A DNA stretch of 64,000 nucleotides from a virus (taxonomy: Duplodnaviria > Caudoviricetes). The translations under genes and the position numbers were made by a program. The stretch covers positions 5,676 through 69,675 of the IMG/VR virus record IMGVR_UViG_3300042542_002102. One strand, written 5' to 3'. Below, one piece after another: positions 17,722 to 28,579 of this stretch (the first letter of the stretch is position 1; each line of letters begins with the position of its first letter). The notes beneath the pieces were generated by a model. It saw only the letters and a list, made by a program, of their open reading frames with translations, was not told where the DNA came from and ran no database searches.

Positions 17722-20700
17722 ATGTCTAATCCATCAAATCTATATGCAGAAAAAATTTATGCAGAGCACCCCATCGCTCTCTGGTCCCTTGATGACAAGG
17801 CTGACTATATAAGCCTAATAGACGAATCAGATCGTAATATTACTTTGTGGACTATAACAAATGCTACATCCTCAGTTCATTCTTTATCTGATGAACCATT
17901 TCCAGAAAGCCAAACTACAAAAATAACTGGTATTTTAACAGAGGATGATTTTGGTCAAATAACTTGCATTAGCAATAATATTGTTAATTTTTCATCACTA
18001 AATAAAACACTATCAACATTTTCAATAGGAGCATTCTTTAACTCAATAAGTGCCTATGCATCTAGTTTTGAAATAGGATATGAGTATTATGATACAACAT
18101 CTGGAAGCACAATTCAAAGATTAAAGTCCTACACAACGTCTGTTAAGGATAGATGGTTTTTTATATCAGAAACCTTCGACATCCCAGAAGATAATACTGA
18201 GTTTAGAATTGTTCTAAAAATTAACTACATAGGTGGTGCATCAACTACAGATGACTACCAATTCTTAGTTAATGGTATTACTGCTGGTCAATGGTGCGAA
18301 GAGTTTAATTCTTCATCTTTAGGAGTTCAAAAGACCGCTCTTCCATCATCTATTGCCCTACCTTCATCTTTTGGAATTGAAGCAGATGCTTACGGTCTTC
18401 AAGAAAACAAGGCATATTATATAGTCAAAGATAATAGTCTTGTAGCAAAAAATACAGGAATACCTCTTGTTTACGGTGCTTCAAACCTAACAAAACTTTT
18501 GCCAAATGCAAACATGCCATCGTTAATAATTCCAGGACTTGGATTTTTATCTGAAGCGGGACAGTATAAAGAATACACATTAGAGGCATGGCTAAGAATC
18601 AATTCAGACTCTGTCACAAAGAAGCGAATAATTGGTCCAATTGCTTCTACTGATGGAATATATGTAGAGGGACCTTTTATTATTTTAAAGGTTGGCAATA
18701 ATTCTGGATCTTATTATGTAGGAGAGTGGACTAGACCCATGCTCATTCATATTAGATTTTCAGAAAACACTTCATCACTTCTTATAAATGGTGAGCAGGT
18801 TATATCTTTAAATTATCTTGGTTCTGAACTTGACTTTCCTTCAAAATTAAATTCATCATCAAAAGATCAAGACTGGATAGGATTTTATGCATATGAAGAT
18901 GTTTCTCCAATAGAGGTAGACTGTGTCGCAATATATACTTATCAGGTCCCAGCAATTCTTGCCAAAAGAAGATTTGTCTATGGGCAGGGGGTTGAGTTTC
19001 CAGAGGGTATAAATCAAGCGTACAGCGGATCCTCTGTTTACATTGACTATCCCTTTGCAGACTATACAAATAATTATTCATACCCAAATATAGGTAAGTG
19101 GGGACAAGCAATTGTTGACAACCTTAGTGTTGAAAATAATCTTTTATGTACTCCAGATTATAAACTTCCAGAAATAGTCTTGGGATCATCGAACATAGAT
19201 CAGTTGTATTCTAATCTTAAAAATGCTCAAAATGAAACAAACAAGTTTTTTTCTTTTAATTCTGTATCAAGTGGATATATGTATTTTGACAACCTAAACT
19301 TTTTAAATCAAAAGGTTAGATCGTTTTATGGATCATTTAAGTTTTTACAGGAGCCAAACTCAACTCAAATACTATTCAGAGTAGAGTCTGAAAACTCATC
19401 AGATTATTTTGAGATATCTACACAAAACAAAGATATTATTTATAAGTTAAGGTATGGGGCAACAGAAGAAGTTATTGCAACATTTTCTTGGTCTGGCTCA
19501 GATCCATTTAGTGGAATAGCGCTAGACGAAATGTTTTCTGCTGGATTAGATATTGAAAAAGCCTCTAAATACTTTGGAGGAAATCTTGCTTCTTTCTTTG
19601 GTAATATTAATACATTAAAGTTTTACATAGGGGGAAGATCAAACTTAACACAAACCTTCACTGGTAAAATATATAAGGTTGGTTTTTGTACAGCAAGAAA
19701 TCACAAAAAGATTGAGTACTTGTTTAATGAAAGAGGAATACCTTTAAACGATGAAAGCGTCTTTGGATTATATTCAGATACAGTAGACGTTGAATACAAT
19801 TCTACAGATAATTACTTTGGAACCAATGAAGCAGAGTGGGACCAGGTGGTTGATTCTGGAAGTGTAGATTCGTACCCACTAGAAGGCTTTCAGGTTCATA
19901 CAGCAAGTTACACTCTTTCTCCTTCAAGTTACTTTGATGAATATGCTCTAGATATAGATATCCAGGGTTACTGGGAAGACTACATTCCTCTTACATATTT
20001 TGCTCAGTATGTGGAAGATGAAAAAAACAGTTCTTACTATGATCTAGATCTTTTACAGTTTAATATTAATTATCCAGCACCATCAAATTTTATTGAAGAA
20101 GAGCAAACTGGAGAATGGACATACAAAGAGTTGACAGATGAGTATAACTTGCCAATTCAAAGAACTTACCAATCATTAGACAATCAGTTGTTTACTGGAT
20201 ACCTAAACTATGATGATTTAAAAAACAGAGTATACAAAAATTATAAGTATGACACATCAAATTCTTTAGTAAAATCTTATGTAACATTTCAATATATAGC
20301 CAATGGAGCAAACCTTTCAGAGTCAAACTTTGTTAACATAGAAAAGCCATCTAACGATTCAATTGTTGTTCCAGGAGAAAACTGGATGAGTACAAAGTAT
20401 GAAGTGGTAAATAATATGATTATTTATCCACCAAAAGATGTTCGTGTATTAGACCTTGCTATAGTCACACATCTAGATTTTAATGTAAAGGGAATTATAA
20501 ATAACAGGGTAAAAATAAGAAATCTTGAATATGCTTCTCAAGCATTTAATTCAACATCCCCAAATCCAATTGGTACAAGATTTGGAAATGATATCTATCC
20601 ATACAGAAAATCTGGATTCTATTACGACTACAAGTCTAGAAATCCTTTTACAATTTATAAGGGCAGTTCTCCCTATCTGTATCTTACAAGATATACGGGT

Positions 20701-21429
20701 ATAGAATTAAAGGGGACATATGACCCAATAGTTAATCGTGGCCTTTCTATTGCTATTAACAAAGAAATGTCAAGCAACTACAAAGTAATGGCTATGCAAG
20801 CAGCGATTCGCTATGATCAAGATGCTTTCCCTTATGCCTCAACAGAAATATTTGAGATTAAGTCAAAAAATACACACATCAAGTTCTATATGGTTGCAAT
20901 ACATCCAAGTGGAGAAAGAGCAAAGATATATGCTTTAAATGTTAAAACTGGAAGACTTGAAGATGGAATTGGTTTTTATTGGAACGGAAAATTAGTAAAA
21001 GAACCAGTAATTACAGTTAAAGAGTGGGGATTCCTAGGTATTGCATTTCCAACACTTTTAGACTTTAACTCTAGGGTTGGATCAATTAATCTAAACGGAC
21101 CTATAACATTTAACACAATATCTTATTACCAGTCAACCAACCTTCAAGAGGTTCAGAAGGTAGATGTTAGACCTTGGTTTGCTGTTAAGTATGCAATACC
21201 TCTCACCCTCGAGTGGGATTACTGGAAAACCTCTCCCTCTGTTTGGGATGGCGTTTTGATTCTATCTTCAACAAGTTATTATGGTGTAGATCCATCAACG
21301 ATCTATAAGAGTTATACTGGAACAAATAAGATAATTATTGACACTGACAAGGTTTTTACAGTTAACGGATATGAGTATACGGTCTATAAAGGTATTACTT
21401 CGAAACAAATAACCGCTGATGCCGTCTAA
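17722..21429 (+). CDS. Large virion protein with concanavalin A/LamG-like domain (baseplate/fibre platform)
   Basis: HP.ALW.LD start, YTLE.W....., L.INGE.V, D.VAIY pattern. Promoter TGATAAAAT at 17704-17712. Confidence 0.6.
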   Translation: MSNPSNLYAEKIYAEHPIALWSLDDKADYISLIDESDRNITLWTITNATSSVHSLSDEPFPESQTTKITGILTEDDFGQITCISNNIVNFSSLNKTLSTFSIGAFFNSISAYASSFEIGYEYYDTTSGSTIQRLKSYTTSVKDRWFFISETFDIPEDNTEFRIVLKINYIGGASTTDDYQFLVNGITAGQWCEEFNSSSLGVQKTALPSSIALPSSFGIEADAYGLQENKAYYIVKDNSLVAKNTGIPLVYGASNLTKLLPNANMPSLIIPGLGFLSEAGQYKEYTLEAWLRINSDSVTKKRIIGPIASTDGIYVEGPFIILKVGNNSGSYYVGEWTRPMLIHIRFSENTSSLLINGEQVISLNYLGSELDFPSKLNSSSKDQDWIGFYAYEDVSPIEVDCVAIYTYQVPAILAKRRFVYGQGVEFPEGINQAYSGSSVYIDYPFADYTNNYSYPNIGKWGQAIVDNLSVENNLLCTPDYKLPEIVLGSSNIDQLYSNLKNAQNETNKFFSFNSVSSGYMYFDNLNFLNQKVRSFYGSFKFLQEPNSTQILFRVESENSSDYFEISTQNKDIIYKLRYGATEEVIATFSWSGSDPFSGIALDEMFSAGLDIEKASKYFGGNLASFFGNINTLKFYIGGRSNLTQTFTGKIYKVGFCTARNHKKIEYLFNERGIPLNDESVFGLYSDTVDVEYNSTDNYFGTNEAEWDQVVDSGSVDSYPLEGFQVHTASYTLSPSSYFDEYALDIDIQGYWEDYIPLTYFAQYVEDEKNSSYYDLDLLQFNINYPAPSNFIEEEQTGEWTYKELTDEYNLPIQRTYQSLDNQLFTGYLNYDDLKNRVYKNYKYDTSNSLVKSYVTFQYIANGANLSESNFVNIEKPSNDSIVVPGENWMSTKYEVVNNMIIYPPKDVRVLDLAIVTHLDFNVKGIINNRVKIRNLEYASQAFNSTSPNPIGTRFGNDIYPYRKSGFYYDYKSRNPFTIYKGSSPYLYLTRYTGIELKGTYDPIVNRGLSIAINKEMSSNYKVMAMQAAIRYDQDAFPYASTEIFEIKSKNTHIKFYMVAIHPSGERAKIYALNVKTGRLEDGIGFYWNGKLVKEPVITVKEWGFLGIAFPTLLDFNSRVGSINLNGPITFNTISYYQSTNLQEVQKVDVRPWFAVKYAIPLTLEWDYWKTSPSVWDGVLILSSTSYYGVDPSTIYKSYTGTNKIIIDTDKVFTVNGYEYTVYKGITSKQITADAV

Positions 21430-21447
21430 TATGGTATACTTATATAC

Positions 21448-21852
21448 ATGAATCCTCAAGATCCACGCAAAAAGAAGAAGCAACTGCCTAAAATGAAAGG
21501 GCAAGTGGGTGAGTCCCGTGCAAAAATTATTGAAAAGCACTATGATTGGGGACTTTATGTATACAAGAAGGCTAACGGAAAATGGTTTACAGATGGAAAC
21601 GGATCAGTATTAAACATAGAGTCTATGAAAGGTGACATTCTGCAGATATCTAAATTAAAAGATGCTGCAAAATATTACGGGGATGAGGGAGATGGAACCT
21701 GTGTATTTGTTCCAGGGCTTACAAGAATTTCAGAAGAAGAATACTCTGAGCAAAAACAAAGACTGTCAGAAGGACTTATCCCTTCTATGAACGATCTTGG
21801 TGCAGTACAAGCAGCCAAGGACACTATTGCAAAATATGGAAGTGATGACTAA
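21448..21852 (+). CDS. Hypothetical protein upstream of the portal
   Basis: Leaderless promoter TGGTATACT at 21432-21440. Coupled to the portal gene. Confidence 0.6.
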   Translation: MNPQDPRKKKKQLPKMKGQVGESRAKIIEKHYDWGLYVYKKANGKWFTDGNGSVLNIESMKGDILQISKLKDAAKYYGDEGDGTCVFVPGLTRISEEEYSEQKQRLSEGLIPSMNDLGAVQAAKDTIAKYGSDD

Positions 21853-23459
21853 TGAGTGAAGATAGAGATTTTTTTATTAGAGCAAAGACAGATACTCCAC
21901 TGCCAGAAGATGATACGTTTACAAAGCAAGACCCATTTAATCAATCTTGGGATGTTATAAAAGATTTGCAGGGACTAGACGCTAACTTTAAAAGAAGAAC
22001 TTCTCGTCTAGTAAAAGGAGAAGCAACTCCAGCATACATAGAAAGTTCAAGAGCAGAAAGTACTGGTCGTGATGGAGCGAAGTCTAAAGAAATTAATTCA
22101 GGAACAGTATTTAGAAATGCTTACGGACTTTTCGATGTAATTACACCACCATGGAATTTGTACGAACTTGCAAGTTTCTACGATACATCATTTGCAAACC
22201 ATGCAGCAATTGACGCTAAAGTTGAAAACATTGTTGGCCTGGGATATGAGTTTAAGGTTTCTGCAAGAACAATGCTTAAGTTAGAAGCATCAGAACCAAA
22301 GACAGCAGAAAATGCACGAAAGAGAATTGAAAGAGCAAAGATTGAGTTAAGTGATTGGCTAGAATCTTTAAATACAGAAGACTCATTTACCACTACGATG
22401 GAGAAGGTCTTTACTGATCTCCAAGCAACTGGAAACGGTTATTTAGAAGTTGGTAGAACAGTACGTGGAGATATTGGTTATGTTGGACACATACCTTCAA
22501 CAACAATGCGTGTTCGTCGTCTTCGTGATGGATTTGTTCAGGTAATCGCAAACAAAGTAGTTTACTTCCGTAACTTTGGTGCAACAAACACTAACCCACT
22601 TGGAACTGATGCTCGTCCTAATGAGATTATTCACTTTAAAGAATACTCACCACTAAATACATTTTATGGCGTACCAGACATTATGTCTGCAATTGGATCA
22701 CTTCATGGAGATCAACTTGCATCACAATACAACATCGACTATTTCCAAAACAAAGCAACGCCAAGATATGTTGTAACTTTGAAGGGTGCTAAATTATCTG
22801 CTGAGGCAGAAGACAAGATGTTTAGATTCTTGCAGACTGGTCTTAAGGGACAAAACCACAGAACATTATACATTCCTCTGCCAGGAGATTCTGATACTAA
22901 CAAGGTAGAGTTTAAGATGGATCCTGTAGAGAACGGAATTCAGGAAGCATCATTTAAGGAATATCGCAAACAAAACAGAGACGACATTCTTGTTGCACAT
23001 CAAGTGCCTCTTTCTAAGATTGGTGGTTCTGATTCAGCAGCCATTGCAGCAGCACTATCTCAAGACAGGACATTTAAGGAGCAGGTTGCAAGACCAGCAC
23101 AGAGAAATCTTGAAAAGATGATTAACAAGATTGTAAAAGAAAAAACAGATATTCTGGAGTTTAAGTTTAATGAACTTACACTTACAGATGAGATTGCTCA
23201 GTCACAAATTATTGAGAGACTTGTCAAGACTCAGGTTATGATGCCGAATGAAGGAAGAGAACTTCTTGGACTTCCTCAGATAGAGGGCGGAAATGAACCT
23301 TTTGATCCAAAACCAGAACAAGCAGCAAACGACAATGCAGACCGTGCAAGAGATACCGAAAGAACTAATAACCAGTCTGATGGACCAGCCACAGTAAGTG
23401 GAAGAAATCCAAAGGGCGAAGGTCGTAAATCTGACGACGTGTCCGATTTGTCCAAATAG
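21852..23459 (+). CDS. Portal protein (PBSX/HK97-like)
   Basis: H.AAID.K...IVG.G, TGNGYLEV.R, EIIHFK.Y.P...FYG.P, YF.N.A.P, IL.AH.VP...G, PNE.RE.LGLP.IEGG. Confidence 0.92.
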   Translation: MSEDRDFFIRAKTDTPLPEDDTFTKQDPFNQSWDVIKDLQGLDANFKRRTSRLVKGEATPAYIESSRAESTGRDGAKSKEINSGTVFRNAYGLFDVITPPWNLYELASFYDTSFANHAAIDAKVENIVGLGYEFKVSARTMLKLEASEPKTAENARKRIERAKIELSDWLESLNTEDSFTTTMEKVFTDLQATGNGYLEVGRTVRGDIGYVGHIPSTTMRVRRLRDGFVQVIANKVVYFRNFGATNTNPLGTDARPNEIIHFKEYSPLNTFYGVPDIMSAIGSLHGDQLASQYNIDYFQNKATPRYVVTLKGAKLSAEAEDKMFRFLQTGLKGQNHRTLYIPLPGDSDTNKVEFKMDPVENGIQEASFKEYRKQNRDDILVAHQVPLSKIGGSDSAAIAAALSQDRTFKEQVARPAQRNLEKMINKIVKEKTDILEFKFNELTLTDEIAQSQIIERLVKTQVMMPNEGRELLGLPQIEGGNEPFDPKPEQAANDNADRARDTERTNNQSDGPATVSGRNPKGEGRKSDDVSDLSK

Positions 23460-23497
23460 TGATACTTCAATAAAAAAGGGTATATAATAGAATAACC

Positions 23498-24814
23498 ATG
23501 ATTATATCAAAAGCGCATTGGAATTCAGATGGCGATAATATTCGTCTATCTATGCCACTAACCAAGGTAGATAAAGAACGCAGAATCGTTTCTGGTTTTG
23601 CATCCCTTGATAATGTTGACAAGCAAGATGATATTGTAACTGCAGAAGCAAGTATGGCAGCATTTGCAAAGTTCCGTGGGAACATCAGAGAAATGCATCA
23701 GCCAGTAGCAGTAGGTAAGATGGTAGACTTTAAAGAAGATAAGTATTTTGATCCAGAAACAAAGAAGTTCTATAAGGGTGTATTCGTGTCAGCGTATGTT
23801 TCAAAGGGCGCACAAGATACATGGGAAAAGGTTCTTGATGGAACACTGACAGGTTTTTCTATTGGCGGACGAATGAACAAATGGGACGATGCTTACGATG
23901 AAAAGTCAGATAAGTCAATTAGAGTTATTAAGGAATATGACCTGGTAGAGTTGAGTCTTGTTGATTCCCCTGCCAATCAATTTGCAAATATTGTATCAGT
24001 TGAAAAGGTTGATGGCGTAGATGTCATCAAGGGAGACGAAACAGTTTTAGAAAATGTCTTTTATGATAAGGCAAACGGAATAGTTGTAGCATCTGAAAAC
24101 GAATCAGAACTTAGCCCAATTACTGGTGAGCAGATGGAAAACATAGGGTTCGTTGAGAAAACGGATAGTGAAAAAACAAACATGATAAAATTCTTAGTTG
24201 ATAGTGCTAAAGGCATTAATACTTCTAAGATTAACAAGGAGGTACAACCTATGACAGAAAACACAGAAACAGTTGCAGAAGTTATTGAAACAGAAGCACC
24301 CGTAGAAGTAACAAAGTCAGAGGTCGCTCCAGAGGTTGATGCCGTTGTTGAAGCACCTACAGAAGAAGTTGTTAAGGCTGATGAAGCCGTATCAACAGAA
24401 GAAGTTGCAAAGTCTGAAGAGACTCCTGCAGTTGATGTAGTTGAAGAGACCACAGAGGTATCTAAATCAGATGAAACAATTGTTGACTCAGTTGCAGAAA
24501 TCAAGAATACTCTAGAATCAGCCTTTAGCGATCTAGTTTCAACAGTAAAGTCTTTGCAGGCAGAAGTAGAAATGCTTAAGTCTTCAAAGGTAGATGTTGA
24601 GACAGCAAAACAATCATTTGAAGCAGTTGCAAAAGATATTGCAGCAGCAACAAATACGTTCAATGAATTTGGTAAGCGTGTGGAACTTGTAGAGCAAGAC
24701 ACTGCTTTCCGAAAGTCTGGCGATCTCGGCGAGATAGTACAGAATCAGCCTGAAACGGTTGAAAAATCCCTATGGGGCGGTAGTTTCCTCAAAACAGCCG
24801 ACTTATTTAATTAA
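23498..24814 (+). CDS. Prohead protease fused to acidic scaffolding domain
   Basis: R.VSGFAS....D.Q.D, REMH, GFSIGG, L.ELSLVD.PAN. Acidic and coiled-coil C-terminus. Confidence 0.88.
   Translation: MIISKAHWNSDGDNIRLSMPLTKVDKERRIVSGFASLDNVDKQDDIVTAEASMAAFAKFRGNIREMHQPVAVGKMVDFKEDKYFDPETKKFYKGVFVSAYVSKGAQDTWEKVLDGTLTGFSIGGRMNKWDDAYDEKSDKSIRVIKEYDLVELSLVDSPANQFANIVSVEKVDGVDVIKGDETVLENVFYDKANGIVVASENESELSPITGEQMENIGFVEKTDSEKTNMIKFLVDSAKGINTSKINKEVQPMTENTETVAEVIETEAPVEVTKSEVAPEVDAVVEAPTEEVVKADEAVSTEEVAKSEETPAVDVVEETTEVSKSDETIVDSVAEIKNTLESAFSDLVSTVKSLQAEVEMLKSSKVDVETAKQSFEAVAKDIAAATNTFNEFGKRVELVEQDTAFRKSGDLGEIVQNQPETVEKSLWGGSFLKTADLFN
24251..24814 (+). CDS. Probable nested in-frame scaffolding protein (187 aa)
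   Basis: AGGAGG at 24237-24242, 8 nt before in-frame ATG 24251, at the domain boundary. Confidence 0.6.
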   Translation: MTENTETVAEVIETEAPVEVTKSEVAPEVDAVVEAPTEEVVKADEAVSTEEVAKSEETPAVDVVEETTEVSKSDETIVDSVAEIKNTLESAFSDLVSTVKSLQAEVEMLKSSKVDVETAKQSFEAVAKDIAAATNTFNEFGKRVELVEQDTAFRKSGDLGEIVQNQPETVEKSLWGGSFLKTADLFN

Positions 24815-24849
24815 AAAAACAATAAGTAAAAATCACAGGAGGTGACAAT

Positions 24850-25998
24850 ATGTCGGAACAAAATATAGAAAAGAACCAACCTGGAACATCAGGTAATCTT
24901 GGTGGAACAGCACCAGGACTGTATCAGGGACAAGGTGCATTCGCATCTGGATCTGAAGCAGGTTCAAACGTACCAGGTAATTACACCGATGGTGGCGTGT
25001 TAGGAAATATCCCAACAGCACTATCAGGCGTTACATCTGGACCAAATGCAGTTAACCCTTCAGGTGAGGCTGGATCAGGTATCCTACGCCCAGAGCAAGC
25101 ACGTCGTTTTATTGACTACGTGTGGGATGCTACCATTCTCGCCCAAGATGGCCGTCGCGTTACTATGAGAGCCAATACAATGGAACTCGAAAAGGTAAAC
25201 GTCGGAGAGCGTGTTATTCGTGCAGCAGCGCAAGCAGTTGGCGATTACACAAACGCAGGTGCAACATTCTCAAAGGTTGAATTGACTACAAAGAAGATTC
25301 GTCTTGACTGGGAAGTATCTGCAGAAGCACTAGAAGATAACATCGAAGGTGCAGCACTAGAAGATCACATTGTCCGCTTGATGACAAACGCTTTCGGTAA
25401 TGATATCGAAGACCTTGCAATCAACGGAACAGGTGCAGGATCAGACGCATTCCTTTCAATCATGGAAGGTTTCGTAAACCGCGTTAAGACAGACGGAGAT
25501 GCTCATGAGGCTGTAGTAACAGTTGAGAATGACACTTGGTCAACAGACGCAATGCAGAAGATCATTCTTGCAATGCCACGCAAGTATCGTGCTATCAAGT
25601 CTAACTTGAAGTTCTATGCTGGTACAGATGCATTCCAGGGAATCATCAAGAACAACGGTACACTCGCAGACGCAGTAGCAGAAGCATTTGCTAATCGTCC
25701 AGCAGGTACTGCTGCAAACCGTCAAGCATACCTTGATGGCGCTGGACAGACATTCGGTGGAGCACGTACAACACGTGTTCTCGGAATTGATGTTCAGGAA
25801 GTTCCATACTACCCTGCAGGATATGTCGACTTGACATTCCCACAGAACCGTGTATGGGGATTCCAGCGAGATATCACTGTTAACCGTGAATACAAGCCAA
25901 AGAAGGACACTGTAGAATACACAGTCTTCGTTCGCTTCGGTATTCAATGGGAAGAGCAGGATGCAATCTCATACGCAGACGCTGCAGCAGATGCATAA
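24850..25998 (+). CDS. Major capsid protein (HK97 fold)
   Basis: Position after the protease. G.L.PEQ..RFI, L..K.I.L.W..S.EALEDNIEG...E, D.EDLAING. Strong SD. Confidence 0.9.
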   Translation: MSEQNIEKNQPGTSGNLGGTAPGLYQGQGAFASGSEAGSNVPGNYTDGGVLGNIPTALSGVTSGPNAVNPSGEAGSGILRPEQARRFIDYVWDATILAQDGRRVTMRANTMELEKVNVGERVIRAAAQAVGDYTNAGATFSKVELTTKKIRLDWEVSAEALEDNIEGAALEDHIVRLMTNAFGNDIEDLAINGTGAGSDAFLSIMEGFVNRVKTDGDAHEAVVTVENDTWSTDAMQKIILAMPRKYRAIKSNLKFYAGTDAFQGIIKNNGTLADAVAEAFANRPAGTAANRQAYLDGAGQTFGGARTTRVLGIDVQEVPYYPAGYVDLTFPQNRVWGFQRDITVNREYKPKKDTVEYTVFVRFGIQWEEQDAISYADAAADA

Positions 25999-26019
25999 TC
26001 TGTAAACAGTACATTTTAG

Positions 26020-26054
26020 GGGGAGTAGGAGTTAGTTCTCCTGCTCCCCTTATT
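26020..26054 (+). terminator. Intrinsic terminator after the major capsid gene
   Basis: GGGGAGTAGGAG / CTCCTGCTCCCC stem followed by TTATT. Confidence 0.8.
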
Positions 26055-26088
26055 ACTTATAATGATATAATACTAACAAGGAGGAATT

Positions 26089-26535
26089 ATGGAAAACATT
26101 AATGAAAATCCAATTGTAGAAGAAACAACATACGAAGCACCAGTTTTTGAAGCACCAGTTGTAGAAGAACCTGTTGTAGAAGCCCCAGTGGTTGAGCATG
26201 TAGAAGAAACTCCAGTTGTAGAAGAAACTCAAGCAGTAGTTGAGGCTCCTGCATATCAAGCACCTGAAGAAGTTCAGGCACTTGGATATGTTGCAGAGGG
26301 TGTAATTGGTGCTACTACAGCAGCAGTTGCTTCCCCAAGAAAGAAGAAGGAAAAGGCTACAGAAGTTAAAGAAAAAGTAGCAATTTACTCAACAAAGAAT
26401 GTTACATGGTCAGAGGTAGGAAAGGTCTATCGTGGCTATAATATTGTCGACAAGGATGCTGCTGAAAAGTGGCTTACTCGTTCACACATTCGCACAGCAA
26501 CACCAGAAGAAGTTGCCAAGGAATTCGGTAAGTAA
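26089..26535 (+). CDS. Hypothetical head-associated protein with acidic EAPVVEE repeats
   Basis: Promoter TGATATAAT at 26063-26071, SD AGGAGG. Low-complexity N-terminus and small C-terminal domain. Confidence 0.55.
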   Translation: MENINENPIVEETTYEAPVFEAPVVEEPVVEAPVVEHVEETPVVEETQAVVEAPAYQAPEEVQALGYVAEGVIGATTAAVASPRKKKEKATEVKEKVAIYSTKNVTWSEVGKVYRGYNIVDKDAAEKWLTRSHIRTATPEEVAKEFGK

Positions 26536-26538
26536 TTC

Positions 26539-27462
26539 ATGGAGATATTGAGGGTTCCGCCATACGAAACAATTGTAGTAAACTTTGTTGTCCCAGCAGG
26601 ATACAACAATGTAAACATTTATGCAAGAGTTACGGATATGGCGGATCTTTCAGTGCAAGATTTAGAATTTTTGGGCTCAGACACAGGAGATGATCTAGAG
26701 ATTTCTCTTCCTGGAAGATACGATAATAATTACAGAGTAGAATTTTTTAAAATTGTTGGCGGATCAGAAGTTTTAATTCACGAAGAGTACTACGAACTAA
26801 TCCGACCATATGTAGACCCAAACACACTAGGAACAACTGCATCAGAGATTGCAGAATATAAGATTTTAGAATTAGTAGCAAGATCAATGATAGACACCTT
26901 CTGCCCAGAAGGATTTTATAACAAAAAAATAACGATAGTTGGAACTGGAAATGGTTCAGACTACTTTGCTTTATGGGAAAAGGCTTATAGAGTCTTCAAG
27001 GTTTATGAGAACAATGTTTTAGTTTACGATAGATCAAACCCAGATTTAAGTGAGTATCAGTATGCAATAACACCAGACAAAACTGCAATACAAAGAGTTC
27101 GTGCAGATGTACTTGAGTTAAATAGGTATGAATCAACAGCGCAAAACCTACCAGTAGCAAGTGGAGATCTTGGTTACTATGGATACGAAGGAATCTCTTT
27201 CCCATCAGGATATGACTACACATTTGTTGTAGATCACGGATACCTTAATGTTCCAGAAGATGTAGAATATGCAACAAAACTATTAATAGAAGATCTTAAG
27301 TGCGGTAAGTTAGACTACTACAAGAGATACATAACAGCATACAATACAGATCAATTTAGAATTCAGTTTGATAAGGCAATGCTTGGCGGTACTGGTAACT
27401 TCTTAGTAGATAAGATACTTGACAAATATGTTAAGACCATTGTCAAGCCAGGGATAATTTAA
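26539..27462 (+). CDS. Head-tail adaptor/connector
   Basis: E..AR..ID.FC, GY..VP.DV..AT..LI, VD.IL.KY, and synteny. Confidence 0.7.
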   Translation: MEILRVPPYETIVVNFVVPAGYNNVNIYARVTDMADLSVQDLEFLGSDTGDDLEISLPGRYDNNYRVEFFKIVGGSEVLIHEEYYELIRPYVDPNTLGTTASEIAEYKILELVARSMIDTFCPEGFYNKKITIVGTGNGSDYFALWEKAYRVFKVYENNVLVYDRSNPDLSEYQYAITPDKTAIQRVRADVLELNRYESTAQNLPVASGDLGYYGYEGISFPSGYDYTFVVDHGYLNVPEDVEYATKLLIEDLKCGKLDYYKRYITAYNTDQFRIQFDKAMLGGTGNFLVDKILDKYVKTIVKPGII

Positions 27463-27908
27463 TGATATGCGAAGAACCAGACTTCACGTTCCCGATGCTT
27501 GCAGATGTTTATCATCCTGTAGTTGAGCAAGGCGTTTATGGAAACGTACAAAAGACATGGATATTAGATAGAACAATTGCATGCTCTTTTTCATCAGCAG
27601 GCGGGGCATTTAAAGAAGAACTAACCCCTAATGTAAACATTACAGAAGAAAAACTTTTAATCGGCAGAGTAAAGACTGACATAAGGATGTCAAGCCTTGA
27701 AGCCAGAAACTCAATTACAAATGTAATTATTACAAATATTAGAGATAAGAACTGTAACGATATATACACAGAGACTTCTGGCCCACGTGCAGGCAAGTCA
27801 ACTATATTTGAAATTGCAACGCAAGATCCATTTATGGGGCCCTTTGGTTCTGTTGAGTATTACAAACTAATTATTAGAAGATCAGAGAATCAGGCGGTAG
27901 ATGTATGA
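27462..27908 (+). CDS. Head closure/stopper protein
   Basis: Synteny, size, beta-rich sequence. Confidence 0.55.
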   Translation: MICEEPDFTFPMLADVYHPVVEQGVYGNVQKTWILDRTIACSFSSAGGAFKEELTPNVNITEEKLLIGRVKTDIRMSSLEARNSITNVIITNIRDKNCNDIYTETSGPRAGKSTIFEIATQDPFMGPFGSVEYYKLIIRRSENQAVDV

Positions 27909-28579
27909 TAGCCGTTAGATTTGATAACAAAGCATTTAAAAAAGAAATGAAAAATATAATTGATTACTCTATTGGCTTTACTGAAGGAATTCAAAAAGGC
28001 AAGACTGAGTTTTTAAAATCACTTGGTGTTGAGGTTTCCGAGATTGCTTCTCAGTTTATAGACTCTAGCGCAAGAGTATCTCCAGAAACATTACACCACG
28101 TATACGAGTGGTACAAAACTGGTAGCCCAGAGGCAAGACTGTTTGATATAAACTATACTGTTAGTAATGTTGGTCTTTCATTTATCTCATCATTTAGACA
28201 GTCAAGTACTGTTAAGCAGGGATCAAAACAAGCATTTCGTAATAAGGCATCAATAATGGAAGATGGAACAACTGTAGTTATAAAGCCACGCAACTCTGAG
28301 GTTTTGAGGTTTGAAGTGGATGGAGAAATTGTTTACACTAGAAAGAAAGTTGTGGTTGATAACCCAGGTGGAAGCACACAGAAAGAATTTGAAAAAGCAT
28401 TTGACATGTTTTTTGGAAGATATTTTACTCAGGCATTTTTACAGAATAGCAACTTAAGACAATATTTTGAGAACCCAATATCATATAAGAAAAATCTAGG
28501 GAGAGGAAAGCGTGGTGGCAAGTCTGTTGGTTTATCTACAGGGTATCGATGGGTCGCTAACGCAACGGTGGCATCATAA
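27905..28579 (+). CDS. Neck / tail-completion protein
   Basis: Synteny. E.G....I.P.....L.F motif, basic. Confidence 0.5.
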   Translation: MIAVRFDNKAFKKEMKNIIDYSIGFTEGIQKGKTEFLKSLGVEVSEIASQFIDSSARVSPETLHHVYEWYKTGSPEARLFDINYTVSNVGLSFISSFRQSSTVKQGSKQAFRNKASIMEDGTTVVIKPRNSEVLRFEVDGEIVYTRKKVVVDNPGGSTQKEFEKAFDMFFGRYFTQAFLQNSNLRQYFENPISYKKNLGRGKRGGKSVGLSTGYRWVANATVAS

